Under the pieces are notes generated by a model. That model saw only the letters and a program-made list of their open reading frames with translations, ran no database searches and was not told where the DNA came from. A program made the position numbers and the translations under genes. Of a DNA stretch of 64,000 nt, positions 1 through 9,418 are shown in pieces; the first letter of the stretch is position 1; each line of letters starts with the position of its first letter. Source of the stretch: Longimicrobiales bacterium (GTDB taxonomy: Bacteria > Gemmatimonadota > Gemmatimonadetes > Longimicrobiales > Gaopeijiaceae); assembly GCA_963664435.2 (NCBI GenBank), contig CAXXKM010000001.1:480001-544000 (forward strand), given 5' to 3'.

Positions 1-191
1 AGGCACGCCCGGAGGCCGGCACTACTCATGAATGCGACACGCTCCATGTCCAGAATGAGGGCATCGTCCGCGGCCACCAGCCCGCCTTCAACAAGCCCCT
101 GGAAGTCACTCGCGCTCGCGTTGTCGATGCGTCCCAGCACCGAAGCGATCGCGATGCCTCCCTCGCGTCGCCACTTCACGTCGACTCTCAT
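1..191 (-). CDS. STAS-domain anti-sigma factor antagonist (3' end runs off window)
   Basis: Not in ORF track. Manual translation MRVDVKWRREGGIAIASVLGRIDNASA...LILDMERVAFMSSAGLRAC matches the SpoIIAA/RsbV-type G-R-I-D and LD..V.FMSSAGL motifs. Confidence 0.85.
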   Translation of the reverse strand, partial: MRVDVKWRREGGIAIASVLGRIDNASASDFQGLVEGGLVAADDALILDMERVAFMSSAGLRAC

Positions 192-365
192 CCTTTCCCT
201 CCGGTTTAGGGGAAACCCGTCATTCGCATGATCTCAGCTGACACACTGTCGCACGCTGCACGCGAAATGTCGCTACGCGCCGCAAAAGATCGCGCCCCGA
301 GCGCAACGGGACAACCACGAGCCATGCGCCCGCCCCACTGGCTCCGCCGGGCAGACGTCAGGGGC

Positions 366-1079
366 TCATGCCCCCCGCGTCGGCACCTCCCTGAACGGAA
401 GCGACGGCGAACCGAAGGTGATCTCCTGCACCGCCTTCACGCTGCGGCCGCCGTACCGGAAGGGGATCACGAGACGGAACGGGGCGCCGTTCACGGGAGG
501 AAGCGGCTCGTCGTTGAGCATCCACACGAGCATCGTCTGCTGATGACGCATGGTGGGGACTTCCTCGTCCGTGTAGTAGCCGTCGTGGGAGACGATGCGG
601 CAGTAGTGCGCGGTGGGCGCGAGGCCGATCATGTCCAGCACGTCGTTGAAGCGGACGCCGGTCCACTTGACGATGCCGGTGGGCCGGGGCGCGCCGCACT
701 GGAGCAGGGTCACCATGGAGTGCCTGGGCAGGTCAGCCAGGTCCTCGTAGCGCAGGGTGCCGTGCAGGCGGGACAGCCTGCTCGCGGCGATGCGGATGCT
801 CGCGGTGCGGTAGTCGAGGTCGATGTCGGGAGCCTCGCCCCCGGTGTAGCGGTAGATGACGCCGTCGATGGAGCCGGCGGATCCCGGGGAATGCTCGGGC
901 GCCGAGCCGTCGGCGTTCAGCGGCAGATCGGCGCGGGTCCGGATCTCGCCCTCCACCAGCCGGTCCGGGAACTCCTGGGCTTCCTGCGCCAGCACCCGGT
1001 CGGGCTTCACCACCCCCATGGAAAGGCCGGCGACGGCCGTCCCCGATACCTTGATCGCGTCGCGTCGTGTGAGCTTCAT
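366..1079 (-). CDS. Tat-exported molybdopterin-dependent oxidoreductase (sulfite oxidase/MsrP-like)
   Basis: Twin-arginine signal TRRDAIK; LQCG (Moco Cys), WTGV, LNDEPLPPVNGAPFRLVIPFRYGGRSVK. Confidence 0.85.
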   Translation of the reverse strand: MKLTRRDAIKVSGTAVAGLSMGVVKPDRVLAQEAQEFPDRLVEGEIRTRADLPLNADGSAPEHSPGSAGSIDGVIYRYTGGEAPDIDLDYRTASIRIAASRLSRLHGTLRYEDLADLPRHSMVTLLQCGAPRPTGIVKWTGVRFNDVLDMIGLAPTAHYCRIVSHDGYYTDEEVPTMRHQQTMLVWMLNDEPLPPVNGAPFRLVIPFRYGGRSVKAVQEITFGSPSLPFREVPTRGA

Positions 1080-1257
1080 TGCGTGCCTCCCGGGCGTGGT
1101 GTCAAGAGCCTGTCAACGCGGTCAAGGTAGGAGGCACGGGAGTGGCCCACAAGCGGGGTTCGCTGAACCCGCGCGCGCCGAGGACCAACGCCGGATAACG
1201 GGCTGCCGGGGACGAATCGGCAGCGTATTGGAGGAGCGAGCCGGAGCCCCCGCCAAG

Positions 1258-2625
1258 TCAGAACGACACAGTCGTCTGTGCGTAGAAGTAGGTCGGGTCC
1301 GCCTTGGACGCGCTTGCCGGCAATTCCCCCGCAAACAGGTGCGCTCCACCCGCCTGGAACCGGAGGCGGCCGGGCCGCACATCCCAGCGAACCCGGACCT
1401 CCACCTGGTTGCCGATGTGGCGCTCCGCCTGCTCCGCGGGGCTTGAGATGTCTGCGACCAGCCAGGCGTCGTTCACGGTGGCCAGCCAGTAGGCGCGGAA
1501 TGCCACGAACGTGCTCACGCCGGCGCCGGGCTCCATGCTCAGGTGCGCGCCGGGTGAGCTGATGTTGGTCCGGGGCACGAGGCCGTAGATGCCGCTGGGC
1601 CCGAAGTCACCGCTGCGGGAGCCGAACATGCCGTTGAAGCGATTGTTCTGACCGTCCGTTGGATCCTTGTCGCCGCTGGCATAGTCGTACTGCAACTTCA
1701 GCCGGGGCGAACCAGGCGCGGCGAAGGTATAGCCCGTTTCTACATGGTAGTACCGGGCGCGATGGTCCAGGTCCGTGGTCGCGGACTTGGACATGCGCGA
1801 CTGGCCCATTTGGAATATGGACTCGAACTGATAGTCGAAGCTCGCTTCTGCCGCGGGACGATAAAGCCGCACGCCGAGCGTATGAAAGTCGCGATCGGCG
1901 GTGCGTCGTCCCGGGCTATCGCTCTCGTCCAGGCCGAAGTAGTAGAACTCCCCCTGATCGCCCCAGGGAAGGCTGGAGGGAGAATAATGCACGCCCCAGA
2001 AACGGACGTTGCCGGATTCCGTGTCGAACTTGGGGCGATTCTCCAGAATGTCTCCCGACACCTGCCGCTGCACCGGGAACGTAAAGAATGTGCGCAGCCT
2101 GCTGTCGTCCGGACCGGTCCACTGCCAGTCGACGCCGGTGAAGGCGTACGAGACGTTGGTGAAGTTGTCGCGCGCGATCAGGCGGCGGCTGCCGATGTCC
2201 ATCGTGACCCGCCCGCCGCGCAGTACGCTGCTGCTCCCTTCCGCGAGGAGGTTGTCGACGGGGACCTCAACGTAGGCCTGCAGCAGGTCCACCGGGTTGA
2301 CGATGCTGGTCGACAGCGGCGTCTCCGAGTCCGCCAGCTCAGTGCGCGCATCCTGGAACTCGGTGTTGAGTCGGAAGCGCGGGGTGCCCAGTTCCACCTT
2401 CGCCAGGGTGCGGAAGACGAGCAGCCGGTCGTCGCCGTTGCGGCCGGCCCGGAACTGGTTGTTCAGGTGCTCGTAGCGGGTTCGGTGCTCCACCGAGAAC
2501 GATACGGTGGGCGTCGATCCCGACGGATCCTGCTCGCTGGGGGGATCCTCCGGAGGCTCCCCGTTGGCTGTGTTTCCGGGTGCGCTCTGGAGGGCAATGG
2601 CCAGTATCGCGACAAGGGGCAACAA
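1258..2625 (-). CDS. Alginate export (AlgE-like) outer-membrane beta-barrel
   Basis: Signal peptide; DLLQAY, GSRRLIAR, YDYASGD motifs; C-terminal Phe (YFYAQTTVSF). Confidence 0.8.
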   Translation of the reverse strand: MLPLVAILAIALQSAPGNTANGEPPEDPPSEQDPSGSTPTVSFSVEHRTRYEHLNNQFRAGRNGDDRLLVFRTLAKVELGTPRFRLNTEFQDARTELADSETPLSTSIVNPVDLLQAYVEVPVDNLLAEGSSSVLRGGRVTMDIGSRRLIARDNFTNVSYAFTGVDWQWTGPDDSRLRTFFTFPVQRQVSGDILENRPKFDTESGNVRFWGVHYSPSSLPWGDQGEFYYFGLDESDSPGRRTADRDFHTLGVRLYRPAAEASFDYQFESIFQMGQSRMSKSATTDLDHRARYYHVETGYTFAAPGSPRLKLQYDYASGDKDPTDGQNNRFNGMFGSRSGDFGPSGIYGLVPRTNISSPGAHLSMEPGAGVSTFVAFRAYWLATVNDAWLVADISSPAEQAERHIGNQVEVRVRWDVRPGRLRFQAGGAHLFAGELPASASKADPTYFYAQTTVSF

Positions 2626-2845
2626 GGTCTAACACCTCCCGCCGAGATGCTGTAAAAAGCGCATATCATCAAGTGCCCGTTGGCGTTAGACCTCCCTGAC
2701 CAGGTTGGCCTCAGGTCGCCGATGGGTCCGATGGATCCGATGGGTAGGAAAAGTCGTCCCGGGATCCGGTCCCGAGCAATGGCGGGAAGCGCGCTGGTTG
2801 TAACGATCGGCAATCGTTTCTGTCACAATGATGTGACGACCTCCA

Positions 2846-3240
2846 TCATGGCGGGAACTGCCCAGGGCGGGAGGCGTCGGACCCCGCCGGGCGAGCAGTG
2901 GCGCCGGCCGCCCGATGCCGGTCGAGATCGGCTGCCAGCGACCGGGTCTGCGCGAGCCGGCCCGCCAGCCCCGGGCGGCTCTCCCAGTTCGCGGCCACAT
3001 GGATTCCCGTCGGCAGGCGGAGCCCCTCGAGCGCCGACCAGGACCGGTCCCAGGCCGGCAAGCAGCTGCCCGCCAAGGCCCAGATCGTCCGCAACGCGAG
3101 TTCCCTGCCGAGGGCGAGGCCGGTGATGCCGCCTCCGACGATCGCGATCAAGGGAGGAGTTCGGGGCTCGGACGGATGTAGGGGCTGGGCGGGAGGTCGC
3201 GCGCGCCGTTGGTGCACCAAGCGCCGGGAACTGGCCGGCA
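2846..3240 (-). pseudogene. Collapsed remnant of a second hemH-3'/hemY copy
   Basis: Four segments match 10830-10896, 10654-10737, ~10506-10521 and 9438-9573 in colinear order, with large internal deletions. Confidence 0.9.
2925..3060. repeat. 136-bp direct repeat of the hemY 3' end (partner 9438-9573)
   Basis: Visual alignment shows 2 mismatches in 136 bp; the pair flanks the defence island. Confidence 0.92.
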
Positions 3241-3244
3241 GCGA

Positions 3245-3667
3245 GGCGGGCAAGGCGAGGATCGAGCAGTTCGCCTCCTGGGTCGGGACGCAGCTTCAGG
3301 ACGCCGCCGGGAGCCTCGGGGAGGGCTCTCACGACTCTTCACATGTCAGCGCGACCGGACTGGCCCCGTCGCTCAAGCGCTACCCGGGCACCACGAACGT
3401 GATCGACAACGCACTCGGGGATGCGCAGCCGAACTGGCCGCGTGACCCCCGGTCGAGGAACGGGTCGATGGCCGTCCGCTGGACCGCGGCCGCGTTCCTG
3501 GAGGCCGGGAAGGGCTACCGGAGGATGATGGGGTATCGGGACCTCTGGATGCTAAAGGCTCATCTGGACGAACTCTCCACTCCCCCCGGTTGAGAAAATG
3601 GAGGGCGCCGCGTAGCATGAACCGCCCGGAAGCCACCTCAACCTCCAACTACCGCTGGGACCGCCTC
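3245..3667 (+). mobile_element. IS256-family transposase 3' remnant with putative right end
   Basis: Translation AAGSLGEG...TTNVID...GSMAVRWTAAAFLEAGKGYRRMMGYRDLWMLKAHLDE resembles IS256 C-termini. It is followed by an IS256-like terminus (ccaactaccgctgggaccgcctc). Confidence 0.7.
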
Positions 3668-3885
3668 CGATCCCATGCATTACCGAAAAAAAATCGACCC
3701 GAGCTGCGGGAGCCACCCAGATGCCAGCCTCCTCCGGCCCTCGCGGACCTCCTTGCGTAGGGTGGTTACCCTGTACCAAGGGTTACGGGTCATGGCCATT
3801 GCCCATCCTCACGTCCGCGTAACAGTGGTCATCTCAGTATCAGTTTGTTGAAGAATCGGTCCAAGTCATCCCGTTTGGCACACTG

Positions 3886-5124
3886 TCACACACCTCTTTC
3901 CAGCAACAGCTTCAGCACGGTATTCTTCGCATACATCCGCATCTCGTCTCGCTGTCCCTCCGTCACTTCGTAGTGACCGTCATGCACGATCTTCGAGCGA
4001 ATGCCGTATAACTTCTTCGTTCTCTTTGCGATTTCCATGCGCTCATCGAGTGTCTTCCCAAGTACTTTGGCGATACGCTGTGACAAACGGAACATCAGTT
4101 CTGGTCCGCTTTTTGGTAGAACTACGCACTCCAGCGAAATCGCAAATAGCAGAAATGATTCCTCCAATGTCTCTGCCACGCTCGCCCTCCCAGCCCAGCG
4201 TATCGAGTCCAAGATTATGTTCTCTACTTGGGTTCGCTGGCTCTTGAGAAGGAGCTCCTCGACGCGATCCACCGCCTCCTCGAGAAGCTCTTCTCCGCCC
4301 TTCAGTTTGTCCAGAGACAGGTAGCCGAGCGGCCCTTTTCTAGAGGACTCCGTGTTGATGGATCCGTCAGGTGCCCTCACGACGCGCATCACTGGTTTCG
4401 ACGCTTGGTCAGGAGGAGGAATATATAGCCACGCGTGATTGTAGGAAATCAAGTCAGCAAAGAAATTCACGCACTCGATCGTATTCCTTACTCGTCGCTC
4501 TCCGAGTACCATCGCCGCCTTACCGTCTCTAGCCGCCACGGTCACGCGTCCTACCGGATGATCCAATAACGACTTGGAAATAGTGTCTCTAAAATAGACC
4601 TTTCTTTGTTTGCCAGTCTCGGCATCAGTGCTACGCTGGGATATCAAACGTGAAATCGTTTCTGCATCACATATCGTGAAACGGATGGATCCAAACCTTG
4701 TCGGTAGCGATGGCCGATCAACGCCTTCAACCGGAATCCAACACTCATACTCCTCCGGCCGACTCGTCAAGAATGTCTCTAGATTTTTGGTCGCATTCTC
4801 GACCCGAATTGTGAGTTCACCACTCCGTTTCTTCGGAATATCAACCGATGCGAAGACGGCAGTCCTCAGAGCTGCATCCACGGAGAACTCGGAGAGATCC
4901 TCAAGAGGAACGAACTTGTTCAAGACCTTACGAACCACCTCCCGATACCGCCTGCTCCACTCCGCATCCAAGAACAGCATCCCCTCACCAGGCTTAGACC
5001 AAAAGCTCCCACTGGGCGGAGGAAGTCCCTTGAGACGAGATGCCCGGGTGGCATATTCGGAAAGAAAATCACGCACGAATGCCAAACGGGATGACCGCTG
5101 GTGGCGTTTCGGTCTCTTGCTCAC
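3886..5124 (-). CDS. HEPN-domain protein (ApeA-like), putative anti-phage RNase
   Basis: FAISLECVV, FRLSQRIAKVLG and LYGIRSKIVHDG (RxxxxH); visibly more AT-rich than flanks. Start uncertain (GTG 5124 or TTG 5196). Reading frame continues past the TGA to 3829. Confidence 0.8.
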   Translation of the reverse strand: MSKRPKRHQRSSRLAFVRDFLSEYATRASRLKGLPPPSGSFWSKPGEGMLFLDAEWSRRYREVVRKVLNKFVPLEDLSEFSVDAALRTAVFASVDIPKKRSGELTIRVENATKNLETFLTSRPEEYECWIPVEGVDRPSLPTRFGSIRFTICDAETISRLISQRSTDAETGKQRKVYFRDTISKSLLDHPVGRVTVAARDGKAAMVLGERRVRNTIECVNFFADLISYNHAWLYIPPPDQASKPVMRVVRAPDGSINTESSRKGPLGYLSLDKLKGGEELLEEAVDRVEELLLKSQRTQVENIILDSIRWAGRASVAETLEESFLLFAISLECVVLPKSGPELMFRLSQRIAKVLGKTLDERMEIAKRTKKLYGIRSKIVHDGHYEVTEGQRDEMRMYAKNTVLKLLLERGV

Positions 5125-5221
5125 GGACGGACCACCCCAACCGAATGACAACCAGAGAGGTCGAGCAAAGAGACGGGGAAACACGTGGAGCCCCAAGGGG
5201 CCAGAAGTCCACGCGACCAGC

Positions 5222-7340
5222 TCACGCAGCCCTCCCCCAGCGTCGCTGGATGTACTTCACTGCGTCCTTCACCGACAGCGACCGAGTTGCGTTGCCAGTC
5301 CTCAAGAAGAAGATCGCGACCCTGCGGTCCTCCACATAGACGGGTTCGTCGCTCGGCTCGACGGTAACCTGGCAGATGTCTGCCCCGTCGATCTCATGGA
5401 AGGTCGTCGTCAGATAGGTGGCCGATGCCGCACCGAGATCGCGTTCGATAAGCTGTTGCAGATGAAGCTGGAATCCGTCCCTGTCCCTCTTCCTTAACGT
5501 CGCGTAGTCGCCATCGATCCCGACGGCTGCACCCGAATCGTCTACACCGACGAGGAGCGTCCCGCCCCTGCTATTGAGAAATGCGGCCAATGTCTTGGTC
5601 ACGACCTTTTCGAGTTGCTTGTTGGCCCGCTCCTCGCGGCGATCCCAGCGCAGGCTCGACTTGAATTCCACGGTCTCACCCTCGCCCGCTGCCATCATTT
5701 CCCTGACACCGTGCTCGTCTACCACCCCTTCCTCCATCCTGGGAATCCAGCTCGCGATGAAGTCGTTGATCGCCCGCGCCAGCAGATTCCGCCGGTGTGT
5801 AAGGAAGTCATGGTAGTTTTCTGGATGCCAGAGCTCGCGGTCCATCGGTATCGATTGCGCGCGCAGGACGCCGGGCTGGTCCTCATCGACCTCCGGAAGG
5901 TACTGCGCCGGCTCGGAAGAACGGATTTCCTTTGGTGCCTTCTGAGTGAGGAACACGCGGTTCGCTAATTCATTGTTGGCCTTCCGGTCCCGATTGGGAT
6001 CGAAACCCGCTCTCTTGAGCACCGCCAGCGAGAACACGTGATGCCGGTCCGACACCTCGCTACGCCCCACTGCTTTGTCGTAGATGCGGATGCCTGTAAA
6101 CCAGTCCCGGGAACCACGAGCATGGGCCACGATCTGGGCCAGAGGCGCAGCCGTGGAGCGTACCCCCGCTTCCACGAGATCTGACGCTTCGATCACCAAT
6201 CGACCGCGTTCACGTAGAATCGCTGCCTCAAGCTCCGGGGTCGGATCCGGGTCGCTCCCCGCTACCAGAGCGACATCTTGCTGGAGCTTGGTTTCGGTTG
6301 CCCCCGAGTAGCGGGCCCACAGACCTGCCAGGTAGATCCAGCGAATGAACCGTCGCTTGAGCTGTTCGCTTGGAAAGCTCCCTCCTTGGCGCGCCAGAAA
6401 GATCGTTGCGGGTACGAGCATATAAGTGGTCGGCAGATCCTTGGCGTTGCCAACGAATGCCTCATGCCGCAACACGGCCACCAAGTGCTCGAATGCGGGC
6501 TGCATGTGCTTCCATCCGGCCTGAAGCACCGAGGCGGGAGTTCTCAGGAAAGAACCTTCAAGCCGAATCGAGTCCCGTTGCCACGCCAGCCAGACAGCGA
6601 AGGAAGAACGCGAAGTCCATGGAGAAGCCCCGGTCGGCCATTTTGGCCTGGAACGCACGCATCTCCGCTCTGGCTTCGGGCCAGATGCTACAAACGTGCG
6701 CCAGAGCAAGATCGGCGGCTTTCAGCGGCGTCCCCTTGCTGTTGATCCGGTTGAAGATCTCGACGACTTCGGAAACTCCGAACTCCTCACCCGAGACCTC
6801 GTCGACGGTGTATCTGTAGTCCCGGATCTGATCCAGGCGACTGAGGTGGGCAAGGTTCTGTTGGAAAACATCTCGTGTCTCCTCTTCCAGTTGTGGCATC
6901 CTCTTTAGCAGGCCGTGTAGCGACTCACTCAGGAACTCATGAACGCCGATCCATGCCGGGTTGTTCTGCATCCGCGTCTTCTGCCAGAACCGAAACTCCT
7001 CCGTTTGCACGTTGAAATAGAGATCGAAGAACAATCTCTCGCCTTCGTAGAATCGGGGCGGCTTGCCCCTGAAGAGAACGTAGAGGGTCGTCAGGCGTTG
7101 TTGGCCGTCCAGCAAGAGCAGAGACTTGCCGTCGCTCGACGAATCGGCACTTCGGACCACCGACGGCTTATAGGTGCTCCAGATCAACAGATGCCCCGTC
7201 GGGTGCCCGCGGTAGAGCGACTGCATCAGCCCGCGCACCTGGTTGCGGTTCCAGACGTAGCCGCGCTGGAATTCGGGCAGCAGGATTTCGTGCCGGCTGA
7301 TCTGGTCCAACAGGTAGTCGATCGATCTCACTTCATGCAT
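5222..7340 (-). pseudogene. GmrSD-like (DUF262 + DUF1524/HNH-like) protein fused to a Schlafen/AlbA_2 domain, split by a +1 frameshift near 6575
   Basis: N-part LPEFQRGYVW, LLDGQQRLTTL, IFNRINSKG. C-part DRHHVFS...NELANRVFL, then GEGETVEFKSS, AAFLNSRGGTLLVGVDD, FLRTGNATRSL. Removing one C from CCC at 6574-6576 joins the two ORFs. Confidence 0.82.
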
Positions 7341-7446
7341 GCGCGTTCCTCAACCCTGCGGAGTGGATGGCCTCACGTGTCGACGGATGAACAAGGTATG
7401 CGCAGGCACGCGGGTTTGCCTACCGGCACCCCAAGGCGGACCAGCT

Positions 7447-8043
7447 TCAGGACTCTACGAGTCTTCGCAGGCACCGGATCGCCCGATCGAGGCTGTCGCA
7501 CCGCTCCGCCGCAATCTCCGGACGCCATGTGGTGCTGGCGAACTCGACGAGCCGTGAAGTATAGGCAGGTCCCACGGCGCGGCCGCTGCGCCGACGCGGG
7601 ACCATGTCCTTGCGAATGGCCCCTTTCCTCGAACGGCGGCCGAGACTCACCATGGCTTCCTTCGGTTTGACCAAGCTTTCGGGATCACCGGGGACATAGC
7701 GCACAGCCACGCTCAGAAAACGTGCGAGGTTCTCGCCGTCAGCCAGCAACCAAGCCTCCACTTCGCGCATCGCGATCCGAAAGCAGAGCTGCGGAGCAGG
7801 ATCCGGCAACCATTCGGCACAGAGCGCTGGCGCGCAGTCCGCGTCGTTGTCGAGATCCACGAGGACAACCCAAGGGGAATAGCGAGCAGCCTGATTGAAG
7901 CTGCTGATTCTCTGACGAAGGTAGGATTTGCCCTTACGCCCGTAGACGGTGCCCGTTTGGCCTCCTACATGCTCGATGAGTCTCTGGAGGACAGCTTCGT
8001 CCAAAAGCCCTTCGACGGCACCACTCAAGACCGATACGCTCAA
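7447..8043 (-). CDS. DUF4276-family TOPRIM-like protein
   Basis: VEGLLD, VLVDLD (DxD), EVEAWLLAD; starts 5 bp after the ATPase stop. Confidence 0.78.
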   Translation of the reverse strand: MSVSVLSGAVEGLLDEAVLQRLIEHVGGQTGTVYGRKGKSYLRQRISSFNQAARYSPWVVLVDLDNDADCAPALCAEWLPDPAPQLCFRIAMREVEAWLLADGENLARFLSVAVRYVPGDPESLVKPKEAMVSLGRRSRKGAIRKDMVPRRRSGRAVGPAYTSRLVEFASTTWRPEIAAERCDSLDRAIRCLRRLVES

Positions 8044-8048
8044 CCGGC

Positions 8049-9188
8049 TTACGCGTCCGCGAACAAAGCCAGTTGGCCAGGATTCGCCGGACGCGTCTTG
8101 GGAATGACTACATCGGCTAGCGAAAGGCCGGCATCAAGCAGCTGTTTCACGTCGGAAAGCAATGCGGTGGGAAGCACCGCGGCACCTTCCTTCTTCGGTA
8201 CGAACAGCAAGACCTCGTCAAGGCCGATCCCTGTGTCAGCCAGAAGATCCGGTGAGTGTGTACTCAGGAAAACCTGCCTCTTGGTGTGACGCTGCAAGCG
8301 CGCCAACATCTGCGGTAGCACCCGTACGATTTCGGGATGGAGCGAGAGTTCCGGTTCTTCAAGCAACAGAGGTCCCCTTCCGTCCATCGTTGCCCACAAC
8401 ACCCCCATGAGGCGAAGCGTGCCGTCCGACAGCTGGCCCTCGCTCTGCCAAGCACCGTGAGGCCGCCAATGCTGGTATCTCGCACGAAGATGAGGAACGC
8501 CCCGAACATCCCGTGTCAGCTCGATTTTCTGCAGTTGAGGTACGGCGACGCGCAGAGCTTTCTGGATCTTGCGCATTCGCGCGTTCCGGGTTTTCTCGTT
8601 GGTCCTCGCGACTTGCTCCAGGAAGTCACCGCCATACGGATCGTTGGACCGCCCGACGGAACGGTCCGGTTCGCGAACGAGCTGGGGGACGATGTGCAGA
8701 TAGCGGATGGAAGCGAAAAACGCGGACAGGGCGCGGAACTCCAGATTCACGTTCACCTGTTCGAGGTGGGTCTGGGTCAGGCGAGCGGCATCTATCTGGT
8801 CATCCGGGTCCGGGCGGTCGAGAATCAACTGATCCCCTCGAAGGACGCGTTCGCGACGCACGACCGGTCTGCGCCGGTTGTCCTGGTTGAAGGCCAGTTG
8901 GTACTCCCAGGACTGGCCGTCCCCGTTCTCCAGCTCCACGCCGATCTCGATGTCCGAGTACCGACGAGCGGCCAGACAGCGAATCGTGCTCACCCCGTCG
9001 CGGCGGCGGACTGCCTCTCCAAACCCGCCACCCACCGATGAGAGATCCCTGAGAAACCGGAATACATCCAGAAGATTGGACTTCCCGGAGGCGTTGGGGC
9101 CCACCAGAAACATCCGATTCTGGAGGTCGACTTCGACCGCCTCGAAGTTCTTCCAGTTCTTCAGGCGCAGCTTGCGGAATCGAAGCAT
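8049..9188 (-). CDS. ABC/SMC-type AAA_21-like ATPase
   Basis: Walker A GPNASGKS, signature LSDGT, Walker B LLLEEPE, H-loop STHS. Confidence 0.9.
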   Translation of the reverse strand: MLRFRKLRLKNWKNFEAVEVDLQNRMFLVGPNASGKSNLLDVFRFLRDLSSVGGGFGEAVRRRDGVSTIRCLAARRYSDIEIGVELENGDGQSWEYQLAFNQDNRRRPVVRRERVLRGDQLILDRPDPDDQIDAARLTQTHLEQVNVNLEFRALSAFFASIRYLHIVPQLVREPDRSVGRSNDPYGGDFLEQVARTNEKTRNARMRKIQKALRVAVPQLQKIELTRDVRGVPHLRARYQHWRPHGAWQSEGQLSDGTLRLMGVLWATMDGRGPLLLEEPELSLHPEIVRVLPQMLARLQRHTKRQVFLSTHSPDLLADTGIGLDEVLLFVPKKEGAAVLPTALLSDVKQLLDAGLSLADVVIPKTRPANPGQLALFADA

Positions 9189-9418
9189 GGCGAGCGGCGG
9201 GGTTCGCGAGTCGTTGGTCTTCGGATCGTGGTCATCTCGGCACGGCTGGCAACATAGCTATCGAGAAGCCGCCTTTCCGGGCTACCACGAGGATACAGGG
9301 CGGAGAGCGCGTTGGCGAGACACAGGAATTCGGGGCCTCTATGTCGGGAACGCTCGCGCGAACCGTCTCCACCTGCATCGGCTCGCTGAACATGGGATCG
9401 GTTACACTCGTATCACCC

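Noticed and set aside
3886..3888. TGA as selenocysteine
   Set aside because: No redox motif context or evident SECIS hairpin; a nonsense mutation is simpler.
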